Source: Bacteriovoracaceae bacterium
GTDB lineage: Bacteria; Bdellovibrionota; Bacteriovoracia; Bacteriovoracales; Bacteriovoracaceae
Assembly (NCBI GenBank): GCA_049599895.1
Contig: JBMYPC010000007.1
Location: 1-43,747 of the forward strand
Reading direction: 5' to 3'
DNA: 43,747 bases
This document shows positions 26,080-35,428 of this stretch, piece by piece. The notes beneath the pieces were generated by a model, which did no database searches, was not told where the DNA came from, and worked only from the letters and a program-made list of their open reading frames with translations. Position 1 is the stretch's first letter, and every line of letters begins with the position of its first letter. Both the position numbers and the translations under genes were made by a program.

Positions 26080-27985
26080 AACATCATACAATCCAGAAGA
26101 TTTTTATCAAATCCCGAAATGGGGACATGGACATTTTAAAGTTAATGAAAAAGGCAACCTTTGTGTACTTCCTGAAAGAAGAGAGGATGGGCCTAGGATT
26201 GATATCACAGAAGTGATTGCTGAAATTGAAAAACAAAAAATTGCTCTACCTGCAGTCATTCGTTTTAATGACATTCTTCATTCTCGAGTTAAAGAAATCA
26301 ATCTTGGTTTTACCAACACCATTAAAGAAGCTGAATATGAGGGAAAATATAGAGGAGTTTATCCCATAAAGGTCAACCAAATGCGTGAGGTTGTGGAAGA
26401 GATCTTAGACGCCGGTGCTGATTATAATCTTGGGATTGAAGCTGGCTCAAAACCAGAACTCATTGCCGCTTTGGCCCTCAATGAAAACCCTGAAGCTCTT
26501 ACTATTTTAAATGGTTACAAAGATGATCAGTATCTTACCCTGGCGATGATGGGACGAAAGCTTGGACGAAAGGTTCTCGTGGTTATTGAAAAGTTTTCTG
26601 AAATCCAGGCCCTTCTTAGAATTTCAAAAGAGATGAAGGTAAGACCCCTTATTGGAATACGTGCAAAGATCTCAGTAAGAGGTGCTGGTAAATGGTCTGA
26701 GTCAGGGGGAGAAAAAGCAAAGTTTGGTCTTAGCGTATCTGAGATTTTAAAGGCCTTAGAAATTCTTGAAGAAGAACAATATCTCGATTGCGTCAAACTC
26801 CTTCACTTTCATATTGGCTCTCAAGTCACAACCATCCAATCTTTCAAAGATGCTGTGACCGAGTCAGCAAGAATTTATGCCAAACTTTACCAAAAAGGCG
26901 TTCCTCTGGAATACTTTGATGTGGGAGGAGGTCTAGGTGTTGACTACGTTGGAAGTAAAACTTCTAGTGTCGAATACTCAATGAACTACACCACTGATGA
27001 ATATATCAATGATGTGGTTTATGGGCTTAAACAAATCTGTGATATGGAAAAAGTGCCCCATCCAACAATTGTTTCTGAAAGTGGTCGCGCTCTCACTGCA
27101 CATCACTCCTGCATCGTGACAAAAGTTATGGGTGAAATTGACCCCTATTTTCATGAGTCGGAAAACTTTGTTTATAAAGACGATCATATTCTGGTTAAGA
27201 ACATGCGAGAAAGTCTTGAAGATCTCTCTCAAGACACTTTTCAAGAAGTTTATAACGATGCTCTAGCAATAAAAGAAGATGCCATTAGTGCTTTTAAACT
27301 TGGGGTTCTTTCTCTTGAAGAAAGAGCAAAGATTGAAACTATGTTTGGAAAGGTCAGTAAAAGAATTTCTCAAATTCTTGATTCTATAGAATCTGTTCCT
27401 GAAGATATGCAGTACTATAAAGACAGCATTGCCAAACAATACCTTTGCAACTTCTCAGTCTTTCAATCCCTTCCCGATGTTTGGGCCATAAACCAAGTCA
27501 TTCCCATTGTCCCTATTAGTCGTCTCAATGAATTTCCAACAGAGAGATGTACTCTCGTTGATATCACTTGTGATTCAGATGGTAAGATTGACCGCTTTAT
27601 TGAAAATGATGAATCTGAAGGATCTCTTAGGTTGCATAAACTTAAAAAAGATAAACCTTATCATATTGGGTTCTTTTTAACCGGGGCCTACCAAGACGTG
27701 ATGGGAGACATGCATAACCTTTTTGGAAGACTTAATGAAGTTCATGTCTATTGTGATGACGATGACCCTGATGACTTCTATATTGAAGAGTTTATTAAGG
27801 GTAATACTTGTAAGAATGTTTTAAAGACTATGCAGTACAATGCTGATCATCTGGCGACAATTCTTAAAAAGAAATTTGATAAATCAATCAAACAAGGAAA
27901 GATCTCTCCAAAAGAAGGTGTAAGGCTTACCGATACCTATGAGGAAGTCCTTTACGATTATACTTATTTAAGATCTAAGAAATAA
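26072..27985 (+). CDS. speA: Biosynthetic arginine decarboxylase
   Basis: YPIKVNQ, EAGSKPEL, HFHIGSQ, DVGGGLGVDY, DITCDSDG and GAYQDVMGDMHNLFG. Overlaps speB by 8 nt. Confidence 0.97.
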   Translation: MDKTSYNPEDFYQIPKWGHGHFKVNEKGNLCVLPERREDGPRIDITEVIAEIEKQKIALPAVIRFNDILHSRVKEINLGFTNTIKEAEYEGKYRGVYPIKVNQMREVVEEILDAGADYNLGIEAGSKPELIAALALNENPEALTILNGYKDDQYLTLAMMGRKLGRKVLVVIEKFSEIQALLRISKEMKVRPLIGIRAKISVRGAGKWSESGGEKAKFGLSVSEILKALEILEEEQYLDCVKLLHFHIGSQVTTIQSFKDAVTESARIYAKLYQKGVPLEYFDVGGGLGVDYVGSKTSSVEYSMNYTTDEYINDVVYGLKQICDMEKVPHPTIVSESGRALTAHHSCIVTKVMGEIDPYFHESENFVYKDDHILVKNMRESLEDLSQDTFQEVYNDALAIKEDAISAFKLGVLSLEERAKIETMFGKVSKRISQILDSIESVPEDMQYYKDSIAKQYLCNFSVFQSLPDVWAINQVIPIVPISRLNEFPTERCTLVDITCDSDGKIDRFIENDESEGSLRLHKLKKDKPYHIGFFLTGAYQDVMGDMHNLFGRLNEVHVYCDDDDPDDFYIEEFIKGNTCKNVLKTMQYNADHLATILKKKFDKSIKQGKISPKEGVRLTDTYEEVLYDYTYLRSKK

Positions 27986-27987
27986 GA

Positions 27988-30900
27988 TCATCTAAGAGTG
28001 GGAAGAGCACCTGCATTTTCTTGCCAGACATTGTCAAAATCCCAAGTCGTCGTTCCAGCGCTATAGACTGCATGATTTTTATCGTAGAAGTTTGTCAGAG
28101 TGAATTCTTGAGTACAATTAAGCGTTCCCGTTGAGTGATAACAATATGTCTCAGAGCCACCGGTGAGGTGGTAATGAGTATTTTCCATCGAAGAATAAGT
28201 TCCAAACCTTGAAAGGATGATCCCGGCCCATTTAGTTGAATCGACACTTCCCACATAGAATGAGTCTCTGAGAGTCATATATTCTTGACTTGCACTTCCT
28301 ACATAGGATGTCCCGATGAGACCCCCATTATAGTCATAAGAGTTATTAGAAATATTAACTGTTGAATAGACTCTTTCAATCACAGAAGGTTTAGATGAAA
28401 GACCCCCGATGCTTCCAATAAAGCCTCCCATATTTTTCGAACGATTCACAAGAGTCCCTGTGGCGTAACAGTCATAGACTTCAATTGAGCTAGCATAACC
28501 AATAAAGCCACCTCGATCGTTATCAGAACTGGAATTTCGCGTTCCGGTAATTGTTGCACTTGAAAAACTCTTACGAAAGTCTGAGTTATAGGCTTGTCCA
28601 GCGATGCCACCAATATAATCGTATTGTCCCGTAACATTTCCTGTATTTGAAACCTTTTCAAAGCTCATACCAGATGCTACTGCTGCGATTCCACCGACAC
28701 TACTTGTCCCAGAAACTGTTGCTGTATTCGTTAGATTTGTCGCCGTGTTATAAGCGCCACTTGTTCCAGAAACGTATCCGAAAACACCACCGACGTAAGT
28801 TGATGTACTCGAGACTGACCCCGCAACAGTGAGATTTGAAACATTTACGGAATGAAGAAATCCAGCAATCCCCCCTGTATTACTAGAAGTGTTAGTAATT
28901 GTAGAATCAAAGCTCACGTTGTCCATCGTCCCTGTGGAAAAATACCCAACAACACCACCAACATCACGACTCGAACCTGTTATTGTCGAATTTTGAACAG
29001 TAATATTCGTGACTGTTGATGTATCTAAACGACCAGCGAGTGATCCTGACTTTTGTCTTGAAGTGAAAGTTAATCCCTCGATTAAAATATTATCGAGAGT
29101 ACATGAGGTACACTTTCCAACGACTCCGCCGGCATAACTTCCCGTTGCAGAAATTGTAGAGTTTTTAAGATTGAGGTTCTTGATAGTGGCATTTGATGCC
29201 GTTGAAATTAACCCGGTGTCATCATTAGGGCCGTTGTCAAAATTGATATTGACCATATCAAAACCACCGCCATCAAGAGTTCCTAGAAAAGCTGTTTTCT
29301 TTCCTGCTTGTTTAAAAATCATCCCATTAAAGTCTAAATTGTTCATCAGTTTAAAGTAACGAGAAATAAGGGTGATATCTTGTATTTCAGTGAATTCATT
29401 CCAATCAGCGATTGATGAAATTTGATAAGGATCCGCTTGTGTACCGCTTCCCGCTAATGTTGTTGTCGCTGAGTTATTGAAATCAAGAGAGGGAAAAGTA
29501 CTTGGGTTTTCAATCCAAGTTGAGACAAAATCCCATGAAGCTGTAGAGCTATAGACAGGGTGATTCGCATCATAGAAATCAGAAACCAGTGTTTCTTGAA
29601 AACAACCAGTGTCACCACCCTCATAACAATTTGTGGTTGAGTCGCTAATAATTTCAAACCAATAAGAATCAACGATTGCATCAGGAGTTGCGCTATGCTG
29701 TAAATTTCCCACAAGACCACCGATATGACTTCCGCCAATAGTTACAATACCACTTGAAAAAGAACTAATGATCTGTGACTCATAACTATCGTCATTAAAA
29801 AAATAACCAAAGAGTCCACCAGCATTACTTCCCGTAGCATTGACATTACCAGAGGCAAAACTTCTTTTTATTCCAGAGTTATAAACATAACCGGCAATTC
29901 CGCCGACGCTATTTACACCTGTTACGGCTCCTGTGGAATAACTATCAGAGATTGTTGAACCATCGCGATGAGACCCCACGAGGCCACCGACTTTACTTGA
30001 TGTCCCAGTAATATCACCTTTATTAAAACTTTGAGAAATGGATCTCTCACCATTACTGGAAGAATCACCAATAATTCCTCCAACATTAGAAGAGCCACTC
30101 ACATCACCAATATTTCGGGCCTTAGAAATAAAAACATTTGAACTTGCGTATCCAACAATACCACCTGTTCCATTGGCCCCTTGAACAGATCCTTTATTAT
30201 AGACATCAATCAGCATTGCACCAGGGAACAATGAGCCAATAATACCACCAGTATAACCCCAACCTGTTCCAGCACTACTCACATTCATTTCGTTTGTTAA
30301 ACCAATCCCGAAACCGCTCAAAGAACTTGCAATTCCACCTGAAGAATACTCAAAACCATACATCGAACCTTTGCTAGCAATTCTTTCAAGCCAGCTTCCA
30401 TTAGTTGCACTACCAATAAAACCACCAGCGTAACCACCATAACCTGCATTATTTCTTAAAACGGTATTAGCATAACCATTAGTGATTCTTGCACCAGATG
30501 CTTGTGCGAAGGCCCCTCCGATGGACCCAACATATACGGCCAGATTGACATTTCCGATAACAGAGACATTATCAGCTCTACCATTTCGGATAATCCCTGC
30601 TATCCCTCCTGGGTTATAATAACTTGTCACTTCAGCATCGATAACATCGATATCTTTAATATAGGAATAAACTTTACCGGCAAGGGTTCCTGTATATGCA
30701 TTCCAATCATAACGAGTTGAAGTAATATCAAAGTCTTTAAGTTTAACATTCTGAACACTAGCACCTGTTCCAATAATCCCGAAAAGCCCAAGAACTGTCG
30801 CTGTCTGGTTTTGAAAAAGATCTGAAATCTCATAACCATTACCATTGAATGTTCCTACAAATGGAGTTTTGGCTGTAGACGTTTCACACGAAGTAGAACT

Positions 30901-33123
30901 TGGATCACAACCACCAATTGCTCTAAATCCTGTTCCGTAACTATCTCCAGGGTCCCAGCCTGTTGTGGCCGAAGCATCAATATCTTTACCAAGCTCATAG
31001 GATGAATCAAGGTCATCATTCATCTTCTGAAGCTGAAAGACATTACAAATCATATAGGGACTTGATGGCGTACCGTCCCCAAAGGCGAACTCCGTTTGTG
31101 AATTGGCATTTGGGGCATTGGTACATAATTCATCAACTGTGACAGTAAGAGAATCATTCGTTGAAGTGGTCCCATCAGAAACAGCAATTGTTAAAGTGGC
31201 AGCACCATATTCTTTATTTGTAATCGTGAGTTCAGCCGTACAGTTGGGAGCGGTTCCCCCGAAGACGACTGAACTATCATCAATAAGAGTTGAGTTATCA
31301 GATAAGACTGTAATATCTGTCGCACAATTAAGAGCGGTTTCCACATCTGTTATAGTGACATTTAAAACACCTGTTGTGTCCTCAAACTGATATTTCGTCA
31401 TATCTCCAGGGATCGCAAGTGTCGGAAGATCATTAATAGAGTTAACAGTTAAGACAAAGTCTTCATCAACTGTCACGGTGCCGTCATTATAGCTTAGAGT
31501 CACTGTCGCCACTCCACTTTCATTAGCAGTAGGAGTGATATCAAAAGTACAGTTTGGAGCTGTTCCGGCGAAAGTAAAATCCGCGGAATCAACAAGAGTT
31601 GTATTCGTTGAAGCAACAGTAATATCAGTGGCACAATTAACAGGAGTTTCAACTTCTGTTACAACGATCCCTATAACGCCAGTAGAATCATCTTCATCAA
31701 TTGTGATGTCAGCAACCGGAGATAATGTTGGGATGTCATTTTGGGCATTGACCGTAAAAAGAAATGTTTGTTGAGTTGCATCGACTCCATCATTAGCGGT
31801 AATAGTAATTGTCGAGGAACCAAAGGCATCTTCGTTAGGATTAAGAACAACCTGACAATTTGGCATCGTCCCAGAAAAGCCAATTCTTGAATTAGCAATG
31901 ACAGTAGTATCGGAACTGCTTGCTGAAAGGTTTCCAATACAAGTCACAGCATGATCCACATCACTTAAGTTAAAGACAGCACTGTTGACTTGAATATCTT
32001 CAGTGGTTGTCACATCAGCAATGGCCCCCAGATCAGGAGCATCATTAATAGAGTTGACATTAAGTCTAAAGACTTCATTCGTTGTGGTATTTCCATCACT
32101 AACAGAAATCGTAATATCAGCGATTCCTGCAAGGTCTGCAGTTGGGGTGATATCAAGGCTACAGTTTTGAGTGGCCCCTCCACTGAGGACGATATTTCCC
32201 AGAGGAAGAAGAGTGGTATTTGATGAACTTAAAACCACATCAGCGCCACAGGTTTTCACCGCTTCTTCATCATAGATAGTGAAACTCACACCATTGGTGA
32301 CTTCGTCTTCATTAACTGTGATGTCATTGATTTGAGTAATAGTTGGCGCATCGTCTTTATAAGCGATATTTAATGTTAAGGTATGATTGGTTGTCGATGT
32401 ACCGTCACTAACACTCATATTAAGGGCTGTTGTTCCTGAAGCATTAGCAATAGGATTTATACTTAAAACACAATTGGGTACCGTTCCTGAAATCGTCACG
32501 TTGGCATTGGGAACAAGGGCCTGATTTGTTGAGATGACTCCCACATCAGAACAAGAGATACTTGTCTCAGGGTCATAAACAGTCATAGCAAGAGGGGTTA
32601 TGACTTCATCCTCAATGTAGTTAAGAACAATTGGTAAAACCATTTTCGGAGCATCTTGAACTTCAGTTACAAGAAGATCTACTTCTCGAGAAGCTTGGCG
32701 TCCGGCAAATTGCGCAAGAACAGTAACCTTTGCAGAGCCGAACTGATCCACTTTGGTTTTGGCCTGAACAAAACAATTGGGAATCGTTCCAATCACATTA
32801 AAATCGGAATGATCAATAAGAGTAAGGTCTGAACTTAAAAATTGAATCACACCATTACAGCTATAGCCAACAGGAATCACATCCTCGACTTTCATACTGA
32901 GCAAACTCGACGGTTGATCTTCAATTAAAGAGAGAGAACTCACAATACTAATTGTTCCCACTTCAGTGATTCCCCCAGCAGTGGTTTCGTTATCTGCCAC
33001 AAGTTCAGGGGCTTCAGTTGGAACACAACTGATAAGGAAAACAAGTATTAATAAAGACCGAACGACTTGGCCTAAATAAGTGAGTTTAGAATGTGTTTTT
33101 TCTAAATTGTTTTTCTTCATCAT
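27988..33123 (-). CDS. Large surface lipoprotein/adhesin: six cadherin/Ig-like repeats plus two GLUG beta-helix modules
   Basis: Lipobox LIS-C. About 100-aa repeats with ED...C...GTxPNC...(N/D)DxP. Two G(D/S)GT..PY caps, each followed by GG(I/L)(V/A)G repeats and a WDF..W...P(S/T)L end. Confidence 0.85.
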   Translation of the reverse strand: MMKKNNLEKTHSKLTYLGQVVRSLLILVFLISCVPTEAPELVADNETTAGGITEVGTISIVSSLSLIEDQPSSLLSMKVEDVIPVGYSCNGVIQFLSSDLTLIDHSDFNVIGTIPNCFVQAKTKVDQFGSAKVTVLAQFAGRQASREVDLLVTEVQDAPKMVLPIVLNYIEDEVITPLAMTVYDPETSISCSDVGVISTNQALVPNANVTISGTVPNCVLSINPIANASGTTALNMSVSDGTSTTNHTLTLNIAYKDDAPTITQINDITVNEDEVTNGVSFTIYDEEAVKTCGADVVLSSSNTTLLPLGNIVLSGGATQNCSLDITPTADLAGIADITISVSDGNTTTNEVFRLNVNSINDAPDLGAIADVTTTEDIQVNSAVFNLSDVDHAVTCIGNLSASSSDTTVIANSRIGFSGTMPNCQVVLNPNEDAFGSSTITITANDGVDATQQTFLFTVNAQNDIPTLSPVADITIDEDDSTGVIGIVVTEVETPVNCATDITVASTNTTLVDSADFTFAGTAPNCTFDITPTANESGVATVTLSYNDGTVTVDEDFVLTVNSINDLPTLAIPGDMTKYQFEDTTGVLNVTITDVETALNCATDITVLSDNSTLIDDSSVVFGGTAPNCTAELTITNKEYGAATLTIAVSDGTTSTNDSLTVTVDELCTNAPNANSQTEFAFGDGTPSSPYMICNVFQLQKMNDDLDSSYELGKDIDASATTGWDPGDSYGTGFRAIGGCDPSSTSCETSTAKTPFVGTFNGNGYEISDLFQNQTATVLGLFGIIGTGASVQNVKLKDFDITSTRYDWNAYTGTLAGKVYSYIKDIDVIDAEVTSYYNPGGIAGIIRNGRADNVSVIGNVNLAVYVGSIGGAFAQASGARITNGYANTVLRNNAGYGGYAGGFIGSATNGSWLERIASKGSMYGFEYSSGGIASSLSGFGIGLTNEMNVSSAGTGWGYTGGIIGSLFPGAMLIDVYNKGSVQGANGTGGIVGYASSNVFISKARNIGDVSGSSNVGGIIGDSSSNGERSISQSFNKGDITGTSSKVGGLVGSHRDGSTISDSYSTGAVTGVNSVGGIAGYVYNSGIKRSFASGNVNATGSNAGGLFGYFFNDDSYESQIISSFSSGIVTIGGSHIGGLVGNLQHSATPDAIVDSYWFEIISDSTTNCYEGGDTGCFQETLVSDFYDANHPVYSSTASWDFVSTWIENPSTFPSLDFNNSATTTLAGSGTQADPYQISSIADWNEFTEIQDITLISRYFKLMNNLDFNGMIFKQAGKKTAFLGTLDGGGFDMVNINFDNGPNDDTGLISTASNATIKNLNLKNSTISATGSYAGGVVGKCTSCTLDNILIEGLTFTSRQKSGSLAGRLDTSTVTNITVQNSTITGSSRDVGGVVGYFSTGTMDNVSFDSTITNTSSNTGGIAGFLHSVNVSNLTVAGSVSSTSTYVGGVFGYVSGTSGAYNTATNLTNTATVSGTSSVGGIAAVASGMSFEKVSNTGNVTGQYDYIGGIAGQAYNSDFRKSFSSATITGTRNSSSDNDRGGFIGYASSIEVYDCYATGTLVNRSKNMGGFIGSIGGLSSKPSVIERVYSTVNISNNSYDYNGGLIGTSYVGSASQEYMTLRDSFYVGSVDSTKWAGIILSRFGTYSSMENTHYHLTGGSETYCYHSTGTLNCTQEFTLTNFYDKNHAVYSAGTTTWDFDNVWQENAGALPTLR

Positions 33124-33198
33124 TACTTATTTAAAGTGAGCGTAAGCGCTCTCTAACATACTAAAAGTAATGTAAAGCTGAAGCTCACCTTTTAGTAT

Positions 33199-33227
33199 TT
33201 ATCGGAACTTATGAGGATTTATTTGAG
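33199..33227 (-). promoter_or_regulatory. Putative sigma28-type promoter TCAAA-N15-TCCGATAA
   Basis: Closest match to TAAA-N15-GCCGATAA in the window, about 75 nt upstream of the adhesin start. Confidence 0.55.
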
Positions 33228-33297
33228 AAAGTTTAGAAGAAATATGACAAGAAAGTGGGGCAGCTCATTGATCGATTTAAAGAAAAAATGTTAAATC

Positions 33298-33331
33298 TTT
33301 AGACAGTATCATTTTTAGACAGTATCATTTT
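33298..33331. repeat. 16-bp tandem duplication covering the ilvA stop codon
   Basis: TTTAGACAGTATCATT x2, followed by TT. Confidence 0.85.
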
Positions 33332-34559
33332 GGATCACTTTGAAGCTCTCTTTTAATGAGCTGATCAGCTCTTTTAAATGTTCTCGTCCCTTACACTCCA
33401 GTACAAGATTAATTGTGGTTTCCCCCACTCCTGCTTCTCCAAAAACACGATTATGAAAGATTTCGAGAATATTGGCCTCTTTTTGCGCCACAAGTTTTGT
33501 CACCAAGGCCATAGAACCTGGAACATCTGGAACTATAATTTGAAGATTGGCAAGACGTCCATCTTCCCCAAGACCTCTTTCAACAACTTTCGAAAGAAAA
33601 TTGAGATCAACATTCCCACCCGTCAAAACAACACAGATTTTTTTCCCTTTTAGAGAAAAATCCTTAAGAACACTCTCTGATAAGGCTGCATAACCAACCG
33701 CTCCAGCTCCTTCACAAAGAACCTTCTCTTTCTCAAGAACCTTTACCATGGTTCTTGCAATCTGGGCTTCACTGACAGTATCAATATGGTGATAGAGGTT
33801 TGAAATGATCGGGAATGTATTTGATCCGACATTTGAGACGGCGATGCCTTCAGCAATTGTGGCCTTTCTTGGAACTGAAGTTAACTTTTTTGAAAAAATA
33901 CTCTCCTTCATCGCCGGCATCATCTCGGCTTCGATACCAATGAGCTGAGGAGATTTTTTGGGCTTTGAAAAATAATGGGAAGCCAGACCAACACCTGAGG
34001 CCAGTCCCCCTCCGCCAATAGGAGTTAGAATCATCTCAACTTCTGGAACCTGATCTAAAATCTCAAGACCTACTGTCGCTTGACCACAAATAATATCTGG
34101 ATCATTAAAAGGGTGAATCAGGTGAGCACCAGTTGTTTTCATTTCTGATTCCATTCTCTCAAACGCTTCATCAAAACCGTTTCCATAAAGAATGATCTCG
34201 GCACCATATCTTCGAGTCCCTTCGACTTTACTCAGTGGTGTATTTTTAGGCATGACAATAGTCGATTTAATACCGAACATTCTTGAAGCGAGGGCGACGC
34301 CTTGGGCATGATTACCAGCGCTACAAGCGATAATTCCCTTTTCTCTTTCTTTGTCAGTTAATTGGCTTATACAATTAATGGCCCCTCGAATCTTATATGA
34401 TCCTGTTCTTTGAAGATTTTCACACTTAAGATAAACGTCAGCTTCAAGTAATGAAGACAAGTAAGCGGAATGAAGGCATGGAGATGGAGAAATATGCTCA
34501 TAAATTCGCTCTTTTGCCTTTAGAACATTTTCTCTAGTAAACTGATCAGATAATTTCAT
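33315..34559 (-). CDS. ilvA: Threonine ammonia-lyase, medium form with one C-terminal ACT domain
   Basis: KCENLQRTGSYKIRGA, CSAGNHAQG, PIGGGGLASG and TGGNVD. ACT motif PDVPGSM...ANI. Confidence 0.9.
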   Translation of the reverse strand: MKLSDQFTRENVLKAKERIYEHISPSPCLHSAYLSSLLEADVYLKCENLQRTGSYKIRGAINCISQLTDKEREKGIIACSAGNHAQGVALASRMFGIKSTIVMPKNTPLSKVEGTRRYGAEIILYGNGFDEAFERMESEMKTTGAHLIHPFNDPDIICGQATVGLEILDQVPEVEMILTPIGGGGLASGVGLASHYFSKPKKSPQLIGIEAEMMPAMKESIFSKKLTSVPRKATIAEGIAVSNVGSNTFPIISNLYHHIDTVSEAQIARTMVKVLEKEKVLCEGAGAVGYAALSESVLKDFSLKGKKICVVLTGGNVDLNFLSKVVERGLGEDGRLANLQIIVPDVPGSMALVTKLVAQKEANILEIFHNRVFGEAGVGETTINLVLECKGREHLKELISSLKESFKVIQNDTV

Positions 34560-34642
34560 AGACTAATACTTTAAAAGACCCAGCAATACTTGCCAAGTAA
34601 AAGCAGATTTTCCCTAAAAAAGCCTAATCTTGGGACAATTTC

Positions 34643-34671
34643 TTAAGTTAAAACATCAATAATTCCGTTAA
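34643..34671 (+). promoter_or_regulatory. Putative sigma28-type promoter TTAAG-N16-TCCGTTAA
   Basis: Same geometry as the site at 5804. Ends 7 nt before an ATG that has no SD. Confidence 0.45.
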
Positions 34672-34678
34672 GTTTACC

Positions 34679-35428
34679 ATGAAGGCCATTGTTTTAAAAA
34701 ACCTCACTAAAAAGTTTTTAGACGTTACAGCTGTGGACGATTTAAGTCTTAAAGTCGGCTATGGAGAAGTTGTCGCTCTTTTAGGTTCAAATGGTGCCGG
34801 AAAAACCACGACTCTTAATATGATCACCGGTTTTTTAACTCCAAACTTTGGAGAAGTTCTTATTAATGAAAAATGGAATCATAAAAATCATTATCGAGAA
34901 ATTAAAAATGAAGTGGGATACCTCACTGGCTCTATGCAACTCTACGATAAATTCTCAATCAAAGAATGTCTTTTATTTCTTGCTGATCTGAGATCCCTTG
35001 AAAAAGACTTTGTGAGTAAAAGAATGGAAGAGCTCGTTCAGTTGTTTCAAATGGAATCATATCTCAAAAAAAAGTTCTCTGAGCTCTCATCAGGTCAAAA
35101 ACAACGGGCATTGATTGCAGCAACCATCTTGCATGATCCTAGAATTCTCATTCTTGATGAGATCACTGCCAATCTTGATGTTCCCTCTGCAAGACTGATT
35201 ATGGATTTTCTCAAACTGGAAAAAGAACGGGGAAAGGCGATTCTCTTTTCAACACATATCTTAAGTGAAGCTGAATATCTTAGTGACCAAATCGCGATCA
35301 TTCATAATGGCAAAGTTATGGAAAAAACAACTTCAAGTGAGTTCAAGCAGAAATTTGGCGTGACCAATCTCACTGATGCCTTTTGTGATGCAATTGAAAG
35401 TTTTAACAAGGTTAAAAAAGTTGATTAA
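34679..35428 (+). CDS. ABC transporter ATP-binding protein (NatA-like)
   Basis: Walker A GSNGAGKTT, signature LSSGQ, Walker B ILILDE and H-loop FSTH. Confidence 0.92.
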   Translation: MKAIVLKNLTKKFLDVTAVDDLSLKVGYGEVVALLGSNGAGKTTTLNMITGFLTPNFGEVLINEKWNHKNHYREIKNEVGYLTGSMQLYDKFSIKECLLFLADLRSLEKDFVSKRMEELVQLFQMESYLKKKFSELSSGQKQRALIAATILHDPRILILDEITANLDVPSARLIMDFLKLEKERGKAILFSTHILSEAEYLSDQIAIIHNGKVMEKTTSSEFKQKFGVTNLTDAFCDAIESFNKVKKVD

